Assembly: GCA_963719035.1 (NCBI GenBank)
Contig: CAVRAO010000008.1
Coordinates: forward strand, 320,001 to 384,000
Length of the DNA stretch: 64,000 bases
Source of the DNA: Methanobacteriota archaeon
GTDB lineage: Archaea > Halobacteriota > Bog-38 > Methanoflorentales > Methanoflorentaceae
Reading direction: 5' to 3'
Part shown: positions 1-8,501 of the stretch, piece after piece
Position numbering within the stretch: the stretch's first letter is position 1
Layout of the letters: each line of letters opens with the position of its first letter
Notes under the pieces: generated by a model
What the model was told of the DNA's origin: nothing
The model's database searches: none
Seen by the model: the letters and a program-made list of their open reading frames with translations, nothing else
Position numbers and translations under genes: made by a program

Positions 1-18
1 CGAGAATGATCGCTAGCA

Positions 19-1326
19 TTACAAGTGCCTCTTCACTATGGCCATAGCGGTTCTGTAGAGCTCTTTTGCCGCCGACAAGTCTTGCGCTTCAGCAGTTATC
101 CTTAGCTTTGGCTCTGTTCCGGATTTTCTCACCAAGAGCCAACCTTCCTCAAAATCAAGCCTCACGCCATCTATAGTCGTCATCTCGACGTAGTTAAGCG
201 CGCGTAGTTCCTGAGCAATCGCCACCATCGGATCTTTGTCACTTTGGTGCTTACAGGATCCTCGCAAAATGTGATACTTAGGAAACTGTGCGATAAGTTC
301 AGAGATCGATTGTTCGGCTGCAATTGAAACGATTCGCGCTGCTGCGTAGATGCCATCCGGACAGTATGAAACGCTGGGAAAAATCCAGCTGCCGCTGCTT
401 TCACCTCCGAAGTCCGCCCCTGAATGCTTGACTTCTTCGGCGACATAAACGTCACCTACGCGCGTTCGACGGACAGGACAAGGGAGCACGTCATCAACCA
501 TGCGTGAGACATCAACGGGACAAACTACCATCTTTTTCGCTTCGTTCACGCCAAACAGCGCGAGCATCTCGTCGCCAGTGACGTACTTCCCGCCGCGGTC
601 AATTGCCATCATGCGATCAGCATCACCGTCGTGCGCTATGCCGATGTCGGCGTGAAAACTTCGCACAGCTTCCGTGAGAAGGTTTAAGTTGCTTTCGATC
701 GGCTCGGGATCTCTTGCAGGAAAGAACCCATCAAGCTGTGCATTGAGCGTAATCACGTCACAACCCATTTCTCTAAGCACGTATGGTGTAATAGTTGCTC
801 CTGCTCCTGAGCCGCAGTCAACAACTACTCTGCAGCTTACCTTGTTGAAGTGAGCTAACACTTCCTTTTTGTGATCATTGATTGCGTTTTCATAAGAAGT
901 GATTCTCCCGATGGCGTCCCAGTTCGCCCGACTTCCTGAATACACCGGACGCGATAACGCTTCGGTAATAGATGATTCAATGTCTTTTTGCTGCCTGCTA
1001 TTGAACGAGGTTCCGTCAGAATTCCACAATTTGATGCCGACATATTCAGAAGGATTGTGTGAAGCAGTGACCATAATCCCACAATCATAATTTCGTGCTG
1101 CGTAAGAGAGTGTAGGTGTCGATACGAGGCCGATTCGTGTGATGTCGCACTCACAAGCGGTGAGTCCGGAAATAAGCCCAAACTCAATCATTTCGCTAGC
1201 AATTCGAGGATCTCTGCCGATCACGGCAGATGTACACCTTGATCCGACGGCAAGTCCAATACTAACTGCTAGCTCTGAGTTGAGGTCCTTATTAGCTATC
1301 CCACGAATTCCCGAAGATCCGAACAT
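19..1326 (-). CDS. glmM: Phosphoglucosamine mutase / phosphohexomutase
   Basis: 435 aa. N-terminal FGSSGIRG, catalytic TASHNP, metal loop DGDADR, GGESSG sugar loop, C-terminal RKSGTEP. Confidence 0.9.
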   Translation of the reverse strand: MFGSSGIRGIANKDLNSELAVSIGLAVGSRCTSAVIGRDPRIASEMIEFGLISGLTACECDITRIGLVSTPTLSYAARNYDCGIMVTASHNPSEYVGIKLWNSDGTSFNSRQQKDIESSITEALSRPVYSGSRANWDAIGRITSYENAINDHKKEVLAHFNKVSCRVVVDCGSGAGATITPYVLREMGCDVITLNAQLDGFFPARDPEPIESNLNLLTEAVRSFHADIGIAHDGDADRMMAIDRGGKYVTGDEMLALFGVNEAKKMVVCPVDVSRMVDDVLPCPVRRTRVGDVYVAEEVKHSGADFGGESSGSWIFPSVSYCPDGIYAAARIVSIAAEQSISELIAQFPKYHILRGSCKHQSDKDPMVAIAQELRALNYVEMTTIDGVRLDFEEGWLLVRKSGTEPKLRITAEAQDLSAAKELYRTAMAIVKRHL

Positions 1327-1461
1327 GGTAAGCTTCTTGCCCCTTTACGCACCGCAGTTCATCATGCAGCAAATGGCAAAAATTACAGTCAGAATCCGTT
1401 TCCCATTGAAATTAAATGTTTTGGTAAAACTATAAATCAAGAGCTATACTTTCAATATTTC

Positions 1462-1950
1462 GTGCGTCGACTGACAGAGTATGAGGCATATGAGCGCAAC
1501 TCGATGTGGGGTTGGTCAAAAATTAAAAACCCCTTGAGAGTGGCCCTGAACTACTTGGTAATACGCATATCTGGCTTCTTGCCTTCATTGAAAATAAAAA
1601 ACGCACTCTATCGTTCAATAGGCATCAAAGTTGGCAAGAATGTTGCTATCGGTTTAGAAGTCACTTTCGACATCTTTTTTCCTGAATTAATAGACATCGG
1701 AGACAATTCCATCATTGGATACCACTCCACACTGCTTTGTCACGAGTTCTTAGTAGATAAATGGAAAAAAGGCCCAGTGAGAATCGGCAGAAACGTTTTG
1801 ATAGGGGCAAATACAACAGTTCTGGCCGGAGTTGTCATTGAAAGTGGTGCGACGGTCTCGGCCTGCTCGCTTGTCAACGGGGACGTAGCCGGAGACGCCC
1901 TTGTCGGTGGGGTTCCAGCTAGAGAGATTAGGAGTGAATCCGGGACGTGA
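1462..1950 (+). CDS. Hexapeptide-repeat (left-handed beta helix) acyltransferase
   Basis: Hexapeptide repeats IGDNSIIG, IGRNVLIGANTTVLAGVVI and terminal GGVPAR. TATAAAT at about 1431 suggests a leaderless GTG start. Confidence 0.85.
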   Translation: MRRLTEYEAYERNSMWGWSKIKNPLRVALNYLVIRISGFLPSLKIKNALYRSIGIKVGKNVAIGLEVTFDIFFPELIDIGDNSIIGYHSTLLCHEFLVDKWKKGPVRIGRNVLIGANTTVLAGVVIESGATVSACSLVNGDVAGDALVGGVPAREIRSESGT

Positions 1951-2543
1951 GGCTCCGTGGCATAGTGGAAAATATTCCACTTCTGATTCTGATTATTATA
2001 ATCAACATTGCCGGTTCGCTGGTCGGTCTATTCTACTACTGGGATCAGCTCGTATCTGCGAGCCCCTTTGCCTGGATATTCATACCAGATTGCCCCCTGT
2101 ATACCTTGTTAATAGCCGTTGTGCTCGCTGTGTACGTTAGCACAAAGCGTAGCTCTGATCTAATCAACTTCATCACAGCCGTCGGATTGGCAAAATATGG
2201 AACGTGGACTGTAGCTGTCGTTTTGGGGTTCAGCACGTTCTATTTTTCAGTCGACAGCAGCCTGTACACAGTGCTTGTTCTCATGCACGTTGCGATGGCA
2301 GCTGAATTTATCCTTCCACTGCTCTTGATTCGGCAGCTCAAATATCGCTGGGCCGCCATTGCCCTTGTATGGTTTCTTGCAAATGATTTCGCTGACTACT
2401 TTTTAGGCACGCACCCCACCGTTCCAACAAGCGAAATCTCGCGTATCGCTGCATTTACTTTCCTGCTCACGCCGCTTTTCATAGCATTAGCTTACTATAC
2501 AGCTAGATTTTTAAATAATAGCAAAACACATAAAAACCTATAG
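1947..2543 (+). CDS. DUF1405 family membrane protein
   Basis: Hydrophobic 198 aa with FIPDCP, KYGTWT and NDFADY motifs; overlaps the upstream gene by 4 nt (GTGA). Confidence 0.8.
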   Translation: MRLRGIVENIPLLILIIIINIAGSLVGLFYYWDQLVSASPFAWIFIPDCPLYTLLIAVVLAVYVSTKRSSDLINFITAVGLAKYGTWTVAVVLGFSTFYFSVDSSLYTVLVLMHVAMAAEFILPLLLIRQLKYRWAAIALVWFLANDFADYFLGTHPTVPTSEISRIAAFTFLLTPLFIALAYYTARFLNNSKTHKNL

Positions 2544-2648
2544 CGGGGGTTGCCAAGCTAGGTCAAAGGCGCAGGGCTTAGGACTACACAATGTGAGTGA
2601 GGGACCCTGTCTCATAGGAGTTCGTGCGTTCAAATCGCACCCCCCGCA
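2543..2648 (+). tRNA. tRNA-Leu: tRNA-Leu(TAG) with a 21-nt intron at position 37/38 (2583-2603)
   Basis: Acceptor stem GCGGGGG/CCCCCGC, anticodon stem CAGGG/CCCTG, loop CT-TAG-G|intron|A, long variable arm, T arm GTGCG-TTCAAAT-CGCAC. The BHB motif has a central helix CTTA/TGAG flanked by two GGA bulges. Confidence 0.95.
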
Positions 2649-2835
2649 CTATTCACGCTACTATCCGCTTTATGATGATCTGCAGGCTCAGCATAGGTGA
2701 AATTAGATGCTAACCGTTCGGTTAATAGCCAACAGAGCGACAAAACGAGAGCAGGGCGAGGAAGAAGCTGTTTGCCGATCACTTCGCTACGAAATCGATA
2801 GTGGCAGTCAGATTCGTGTCGCTCAGAGTGTCATT

Positions 2836-3708
2836 TCAAGGCAAAAGCATTAAAAGATCGGCGCTCGATTCAATTTTGGTTTCTATGCCGTCTTTGAAAA
2901 GACGGACTGTGCCCCCGCTTTCTGAAACTGTTACCGCTATTGCTTGCGTCTCACGCGTCACTGCAAGCGCTGACATGTGCCGCCCGCCAAATCCACCGAG
3001 CTCGATTGACTTCGTGTTAACATCTAAATATCTGCCCGCCGATATTATCACACCTTTGTCGTCAACTATAAACACACCATCAATCTGCGCAAACTCTTTA
3101 ATGGTTTCCCAGTGAGAGCGATTCTTGATGTCACGCGTATCCTCAGTGTGACCTTTATATGGATTGAGGATAAGCTGGTGAGATCTCTTCAACACTTCGT
3201 TGGTATCTCCTATGATGAAAGCGGTTCCTACTTTCTTACCTTCTCTCCCTTCTCTTCCCAATTCAAGAGCCAGACGCAATACGGCTTTTAGCGCGGTTGG
3301 ATCAACACGTTCGCCCGTTTTGTCTATTGTCTTCACAGTTGCGAGCTGCTTCACATCACACACAACGATCGATGACACTTCAGGTAGACATAGTACCCCA
3401 AGAACGAACCCTCCATTGAGTATGTCGTGAACATAAGCAGCTGTTGCAACGTCCTGCACAAGAACAAAATCATTTAACGCGGGGGCAATAATGCTTGTGT
3501 TGAAGTTTTGGGCGACACCTTCGCGCAAAAAGTCTCGCAATTCTTTGTTGACACCTTTGGTAAGCGAAGAAGTCGTGATGAAGGTTGCAGGGACATCAAA
3601 TGATATCTCATTGCAGGGCACGTCTGAGATCACAAAAACGTGCGTCGCATTGACCATTTTCGCTAGATCATTAGCAGCCGTTGTTATTGCTGTGAAAATT
3701 TGATCCAT
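2836..3708 (-). CDS. dacZ: Diadenylate cyclase, archaeal DacZ type
   Basis: C-terminal DAC domain with GREGKKVGT, QIDGVF, GGRHMSA and VSESGG, plus an extra N-terminal domain as in archaeal DacZ. Confidence 0.88.
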   Translation of the reverse strand: MDQIFTAITTAANDLAKMVNATHVFVISDVPCNEISFDVPATFITTSSLTKGVNKELRDFLREGVAQNFNTSIIAPALNDFVLVQDVATAAYVHDILNGGFVLGVLCLPEVSSIVVCDVKQLATVKTIDKTGERVDPTALKAVLRLALELGREGREGKKVGTAFIIGDTNEVLKRSHQLILNPYKGHTEDTRDIKNRSHWETIKEFAQIDGVFIVDDKGVIISAGRYLDVNTKSIELGGFGGRHMSALAVTRETQAIAVTVSESGGTVRLFKDGIETKIESSADLLMLLP

Positions 3709-3839
3709 AGAGTCCTATGCTTCAGATATGCAGGCTTTCGCTATGTATACTCTTTCTCTTGATTTAAAAAAACTGCGTTAGCTGATTTTGAAAGAGCGCT
3801 GGTTGATCTATTTATATTTGTTTCGTGAAATGGCAAGAG

Positions 3840-5012
3840 ATGAAGCACTTTAACGCGGATTTACACCTACATTCACGTTTCAGCATAGCGACGAGCCCCA
3901 AAATGGACTTACCGCACATGAGTGAAGCGGCTCATACAAAGGGCGTTGATATACTTGGAACGGGTGATTGCCTTTACAGGCCTTGGCTCGATGAGCTTGA
4001 ATCGACCCTAGAAAAAATTGGAGACCGCTATGAGATTGAAGGAGTGGCATACATAATTCAAGCTGAAGTCGAAACAACGATCGGGGGCCGTATCCACCAC
4101 TTGTTATTCTTCCCAAGTTTCTCTTCGGCTTACAAACTGCACGACATCATTTTGGAGGGCGGGTATTCCCAGCTTACAAGCGGCAGACCTCAGCTTAAAA
4201 TATCGCCCGAATGCCTTGTCAGCTTGGCTCGTGATGTCGGTGCGCTTATCGGACCTTCACACGCTTTTACGCCGTGGACTTCGATGTACGCAGCTTTTGA
4301 AAGCTTAGACGATTGCTATGGAAAGAATGCAAAGCACATCACCTTCTTAGAACTTGGATTGAGCGCCGACACTCAAATGGCGAGTAAAATTGCGGAATTG
4401 GACTCGTGCGCCTTCGTATCTTTCAGCGACGCCCATTCACCGTCACCAGATAAGCTAGGCAGAGAGGTAACACGATTCTACTTGAACCGTGCAAGTTTTC
4501 GCGAAATCAAGAGGGCTTTTAAAGGCGTTAACGGCCGGGAGGTAGTTCTCAACGTTGGTCTCGATCCCCGGGAGGGCAAATACCATTTGACAGGTTGCCG
4601 CCGATGCAAAAAAGCGTACAATTTGGAAGATGTCATCATTGAAGGGAGAGTCCTGAAAACCTGCCCTGCATGTGGCGGACCTCTTAAAATCGGAGTGAAA
4701 GATCGAATACAACTCCTAACGCTCAAGAGCCACAAGGTTTCCTTAGCCCGAAGGCCGCCGTATATGCACGCCGTTCCGCTTATAGAGATACTAAAAGCTA
4801 TGAAACAGTCACAACGTCTGAACGTTAAGAAGGTTTACGAAGCGTTGATACAACAGTTTGACAACGAGATAGATATTCTCATCGACACGCCTTTGGCTAG
4901 CCTAAAGCAACACCACCCACAACTAGCCGAGATACTCGCCCGATTTAGAAAAGACGATATCGAATTCGAGTTTGTTGGAAGAGGCGGCTGGTACGGAAAA
5001 ATTAAAATCTAA
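3840..5012 (+). CDS. endoQ: Endonuclease Q (TIGR00375, PHP domain plus C4 zinc finger)
   Basis: DLHLHSRFS, GTGD, HAFTPWTS, ELGLSAD, SDAHS, GKYH, CRRC...CPACGG and C-terminal GGGWYGK. Confidence 0.88.
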   Translation: MKHFNADLHLHSRFSIATSPKMDLPHMSEAAHTKGVDILGTGDCLYRPWLDELESTLEKIGDRYEIEGVAYIIQAEVETTIGGRIHHLLFFPSFSSAYKLHDIILEGGYSQLTSGRPQLKISPECLVSLARDVGALIGPSHAFTPWTSMYAAFESLDDCYGKNAKHITFLELGLSADTQMASKIAELDSCAFVSFSDAHSPSPDKLGREVTRFYLNRASFREIKRAFKGVNGREVVLNVGLDPREGKYHLTGCRRCKKAYNLEDVIIEGRVLKTCPACGGPLKIGVKDRIQLLTLKSHKVSLARRPPYMHAVPLIEILKAMKQSQRLNVKKVYEALIQQFDNEIDILIDTPLASLKQHHPQLAEILARFRKDDIEFEFVGRGGWYGKIKI

Positions 5013-5368
5013 TAGTTTTCAGTTTGCCGCTTTCTGTTCTCAAGGTTCTTTTTTTCGTAAGCTTCGATGACCGTTTGCGGAGTCAAACCGGCACTGATCA
5101 TCGCAGACACCAAAAAGTGTAAACAATCAACAAGCTCCTCATGGACATCCCGCCACTTCTCTTCAGTCAATGTACGCTGTTTCCACCACTTTTGGTCGCC
5201 AGTGATGACAACCCCAAGCGTATTGCGTGCCTCGTACGACTCCTGTATGAGGTGCCCGAGCAGTGCGACAACCCTATCTTCCTTATTCCATTCACTGAAA
5301 GGGGGTCGATTTTGCACAAATTTATCGAAGCTTGCTTGTAGTTCGAAGATCCTTTCGAGCCTATCCAT
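5009..5368 (-). CDS. Dimeric all-alpha dUTPase (MazG-like superfamily)
   Basis: ExxE helix, KWWK, EELVDCLHF and YEKKNLENRKRQ--NY, typical of dUTPase_2-type enzymes. Confidence 0.8.
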   Translation of the reverse strand: MDRLERIFELQASFDKFVQNRPPFSEWNKEDRVVALLGHLIQESYEARNTLGVVITGDQKWWKQRTLTEEKWRDVHEELVDCLHFLVSAMISAGLTPQTVIEAYEKKNLENRKRQTENY

Positions 5369-5436
5369 GGTGATGACAACAAGAGGTCGAAGGTAATAAC
5401 GCTACCGATGTATATACATAGAAAAATTGATCTTAA

Positions 5437-6543
5437 GTGAACAGTCAGTTGAGGGAGGAGTTTCGCATCCAACCTATGGACAAAACGAGACGCGACAGGT
5501 TAATTCTCCTAGGTTTTGCAGCATTTGTTTTAGTGGTCCTCATTTTTATCTCGTGGCCGTTCAGAGATGTAATAGCGGTGACGCTTCTGCTTGCGTTTAT
5601 TCTTCAATATCCCACAGCTTGGCTCGAAAAACGCATACATAGACGACGAACCTCGATTCTGATCGTCATAATGTCTATTTTTGCAGCCCTCACCTTCGTA
5701 TTGCTAGACATCGTTTACATTCTCTATAGTGAGATTACGAGTCTTTCTGTCTCATCTGAGAACATAAATGACCTCCTCAATCAAGGCTTGGAAGGCCTTA
5801 TCAAGAATTTTAGCGCTCGAATAAGCGAAAGTCTTAGAGTCACAATCATACAAGATAGGATCTCCCAGATATTGTCCACAATTCTGAAAGACGCGCTTGC
5901 GAGTTCAACAGGAATAATTACCAGAGTTATCCCAAACATTCCGCTCTACGTCGTCGAGCTCATAATCATTACTCTGCTTCTTTACTATATCTTGCTACGC
6001 GGCCGCGACTTCTTAGATGAGATGATCACGTTAGTGCCTGCCGAGTATCAAAGCGACTTACATCGGTTTCTAAAACATCTCCAAAGCATTTATTACTCGC
6101 TCTATGTCGTGAACCTTGGATCGAGTCTTGTTAGTGGCATTTTCGCTGCAGTCGGATATGCAATCCTTGGAGTGCCGTATTTCGTTACTTTTGCGATACT
6201 CATCGCCATTTTTGGGCTCATTCCAGTCATAGGCAGAGCAATCATATATGTCCCTCTCACGTTATACTACCTGCTCATCGGAGATCCCGTCAGAGCAATA
6301 GTGCTCCTAGTCTTCAGTTGGGCTGTGCTCGATCAACTAACGGGCCTGTACATCCTTCCTTTGTGGGCACACCGTACCGGCAGAGTCCCACAAGCACTTA
6401 CGATTCTCGCTTTCACGGCACCCATTTTTGCCCTCGGTCCAATCGGCTTCGTAATAGGACCCGCGGCTTATGGGCTCGCCCTTGCTTTGTACAGAACTTA
6501 CCGAGATACAAAGCAACTAAAAAGCTTGACCGCAGGTTTTTAG
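5437..6543 (+). CDS. AI-2E (PerM/UPF0118) family transporter
   Basis: 368 aa polytopic membrane protein with LIPVIG and GPIGFVIGP motifs. Confidence 0.85.
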   Translation: MNSQLREEFRIQPMDKTRRDRLILLGFAAFVLVVLIFISWPFRDVIAVTLLLAFILQYPTAWLEKRIHRRRTSILIVIMSIFAALTFVLLDIVYILYSEITSLSVSSENINDLLNQGLEGLIKNFSARISESLRVTIIQDRISQILSTILKDALASSTGIITRVIPNIPLYVVELIIITLLLYYILLRGRDFLDEMITLVPAEYQSDLHRFLKHLQSIYYSLYVVNLGSSLVSGIFAAVGYAILGVPYFVTFAILIAIFGLIPVIGRAIIYVPLTLYYLLIGDPVRAIVLLVFSWAVLDQLTGLYILPLWAHRTGRVPQALTILAFTAPIFALGPIGFVIGPAAYGLALALYRTYRDTKQLKSLTAGF

Positions 6544-6544
6544 C

Positions 6545-7465
6545 ATGTTAACAGCAAACCTAAGCGGCTACCCGAAGAGGCCCGATCTGGACTCTATTCG
6601 GAAATATTTGGACGTTGGCGGTGAAAACCCGTTCACGACGTCTGTAAAGAGGGCTGTGCGGGACCAAATAGAAGCCAAAGTAGATATAGTGACAGACGGC
6701 CAGATCAAAGACCCCATCACCTTAATAGCTTCTAACGTTCCAGGAATGGAGACTAATGACTACGTTTGGATCGAAGGTAAACTAGGGGCTCCGCGAAGGC
6801 CGATGATGGCAGGAGATTTTCTAACTGCTGCTGCCGAGTGTGGCGATGCCAAGCTCGTAAAAGCAGTCTTGCCGGGCCCATTTTCGTTTGCTGAAAGCTG
6901 CAAAGTGAAGCCCCAATCACCATATAGCTCAAATCACGACGTAGACCTGCTGTTCGATATCGCATCCATTATTCGTTTCGAAATCCAAGCGCTAAAAGAG
7001 AGCAAGGCACGCTTGATTCAAATTGTCGAACCCATCGAGAGTGTAAAGGACATTGACGTTTTCTTAGATCTGCTGTCGTTTTTGTTCAAAAGGGTTAAAA
7101 CGCCAATATGTCATCTCGAAGGTGACGTCAGCATGGCGTTTCCGCAGCTACTTGATGCAAAAATCTCAGTTATTTCATTTGATGTTGTTGCTTTCCCACA
7201 GAGTCGCGAGATTCTTAAATTTGAGGAACTTTTTGAGGTACACGAAAAAAAAATCTCTTTAGGATGCGTCGACTCGTCAGCAGCAAAAAAAGAATCAGTC
7301 GATTCGATCGAGAAGCGGGTTATCGCCTTCGTTGACGCTTTTGGTTATGAATCTGTCTGGATTTCCCCGAATAAAACCCTCGCGAGTCTCCCACCACGAA
7401 CAGCATTTCACAAACTACAGCAACTATCAACTGCTAAAAACCGAATTACCGCCAGAATGATATAG
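6545..7465 (+). CDS. Core-MetE (MesA-like) methionine synthase homolog with degenerate Zn site
   Basis: SGYPK, DIVTDGQ, GPFSFA, IQIVEP and LGCVDS match the single-barrel MetE fold. The canonical HxC reads HLE and PDCG reads PNKT. Confidence 0.7.
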   Translation: MLTANLSGYPKRPDLDSIRKYLDVGGENPFTTSVKRAVRDQIEAKVDIVTDGQIKDPITLIASNVPGMETNDYVWIEGKLGAPRRPMMAGDFLTAAAECGDAKLVKAVLPGPFSFAESCKVKPQSPYSSNHDVDLLFDIASIIRFEIQALKESKARLIQIVEPIESVKDIDVFLDLLSFLFKRVKTPICHLEGDVSMAFPQLLDAKISVISFDVVAFPQSREILKFEELFEVHEKKISLGCVDSSAAKKESVDSIEKRVIAFVDAFGYESVWISPNKTLASLPPRTAFHKLQQLSTAKNRITARMI

Positions 7466-7542
7466 TTGTTCTATAAAGACAAAGGCTGCTGATCGTAAGA
7501 GAAATATAGCCTTTATCATATCTACGTCTTGGAGTTGATCAC

Positions 7543-8481
7543 GTGCTTAGCGTTAATGAGATTTCTATGGGAATCGTCGAAGAGATGCTCGACTACACTG
7601 AAGAGCTAAAGATAGAAGCGCTCGAACTTGACAACGGTTCCACAGTAATTGATTGCGGTGTTAATGTTGAAGGGGGTTATGAAGCTGGAGAGATGTTTAC
7701 AGAGATATGTCTTGGCGGGCTGGGATCAGTTAGGCTAACTGTACAGACGCTGAAGGATACACCTCTGGTGTTTATCCACGTTTTTACCGATCATCCCGCT
7801 CTAGCAACCCTCGGATCGCAAAAAGCGGGCTGGTCCATTAAGCACGACAAATATAGTGCAATGGGTTCGGGACCCGCGCGAGCATTATCTTGCCAGCCAA
7901 AGAAAACGTATGAATTGATAGATTACGAAGATGATTATGATTTTGGGGTAATCGCCCTTGAATGTGACCATCTACCCGATGAGAAAGTTGCAGAGGGGAT
8001 AGCGGAGCAATGTAACCTTGAGCCGTCAAAACTAACGCTGTTAAATGCACCGACATCTTCGATAGTCGGCACGGTTCAGGTAGCAGGGCGGGTCGTTGAG
8101 GTTGCCGTTTACAAAGCAGCTGAACTTGGGTATGACACTCTGCAAATACAAAGCGCTGCTGGCTCGTGCCCGATAGCACCAGTCACAAAGGATTCGCTCC
8201 GAGCAATGGGTATGACAAACGACGGCATCATATATTATGGAAATGTCTTCATGACTGTCAAAAAGTATGACAAGATTTTCGAGAAACTGCCCTCGGAAAC
8301 GTCTTCATCATACGGCAAACCCTTTTACCAGACGTTCAAAGAAGCCGACTATGACTTTTATAAGATTGACAAGTTTATGTTCGCTCCTGCCCAAATAACA
8401 GTGACAGATACGCAATCAAACGAAACGCACAAACTTGGTCGCTTAAACGAAACCGTGCTCGCCGAATCGTTTGGGATTTAA
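7543..8481 (+). CDS. mch: Methenyltetrahydromethanopterin cyclohydrolase
   Basis: LSVNE start, IDCGV, GSQKAGW, GSGPARAL, GMTNDGIIY and DFYKIDKFMFAPA. Confidence 0.95.
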   Translation: MLSVNEISMGIVEEMLDYTEELKIEALELDNGSTVIDCGVNVEGGYEAGEMFTEICLGGLGSVRLTVQTLKDTPLVFIHVFTDHPALATLGSQKAGWSIKHDKYSAMGSGPARALSCQPKKTYELIDYEDDYDFGVIALECDHLPDEKVAEGIAEQCNLEPSKLTLLNAPTSSIVGTVQVAGRVVEVAVYKAAELGYDTLQIQSAAGSCPIAPVTKDSLRAMGMTNDGIIYYGNVFMTVKKYDKIFEKLPSETSSSYGKPFYQTFKEADYDFYKIDKFMFAPAQITVTDTQSNETHKLGRLNETVLAESFGI

Positions 8482-8501
8482 GCTCCTGCAGTTGCAAAAA
8501 G

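Noticed and set aside
2600-2700. tRNA-Leu as an integration site
   Set aside because: It is flanked by core genes, and no duplicated tRNA 3' end or integrase was found in the window.
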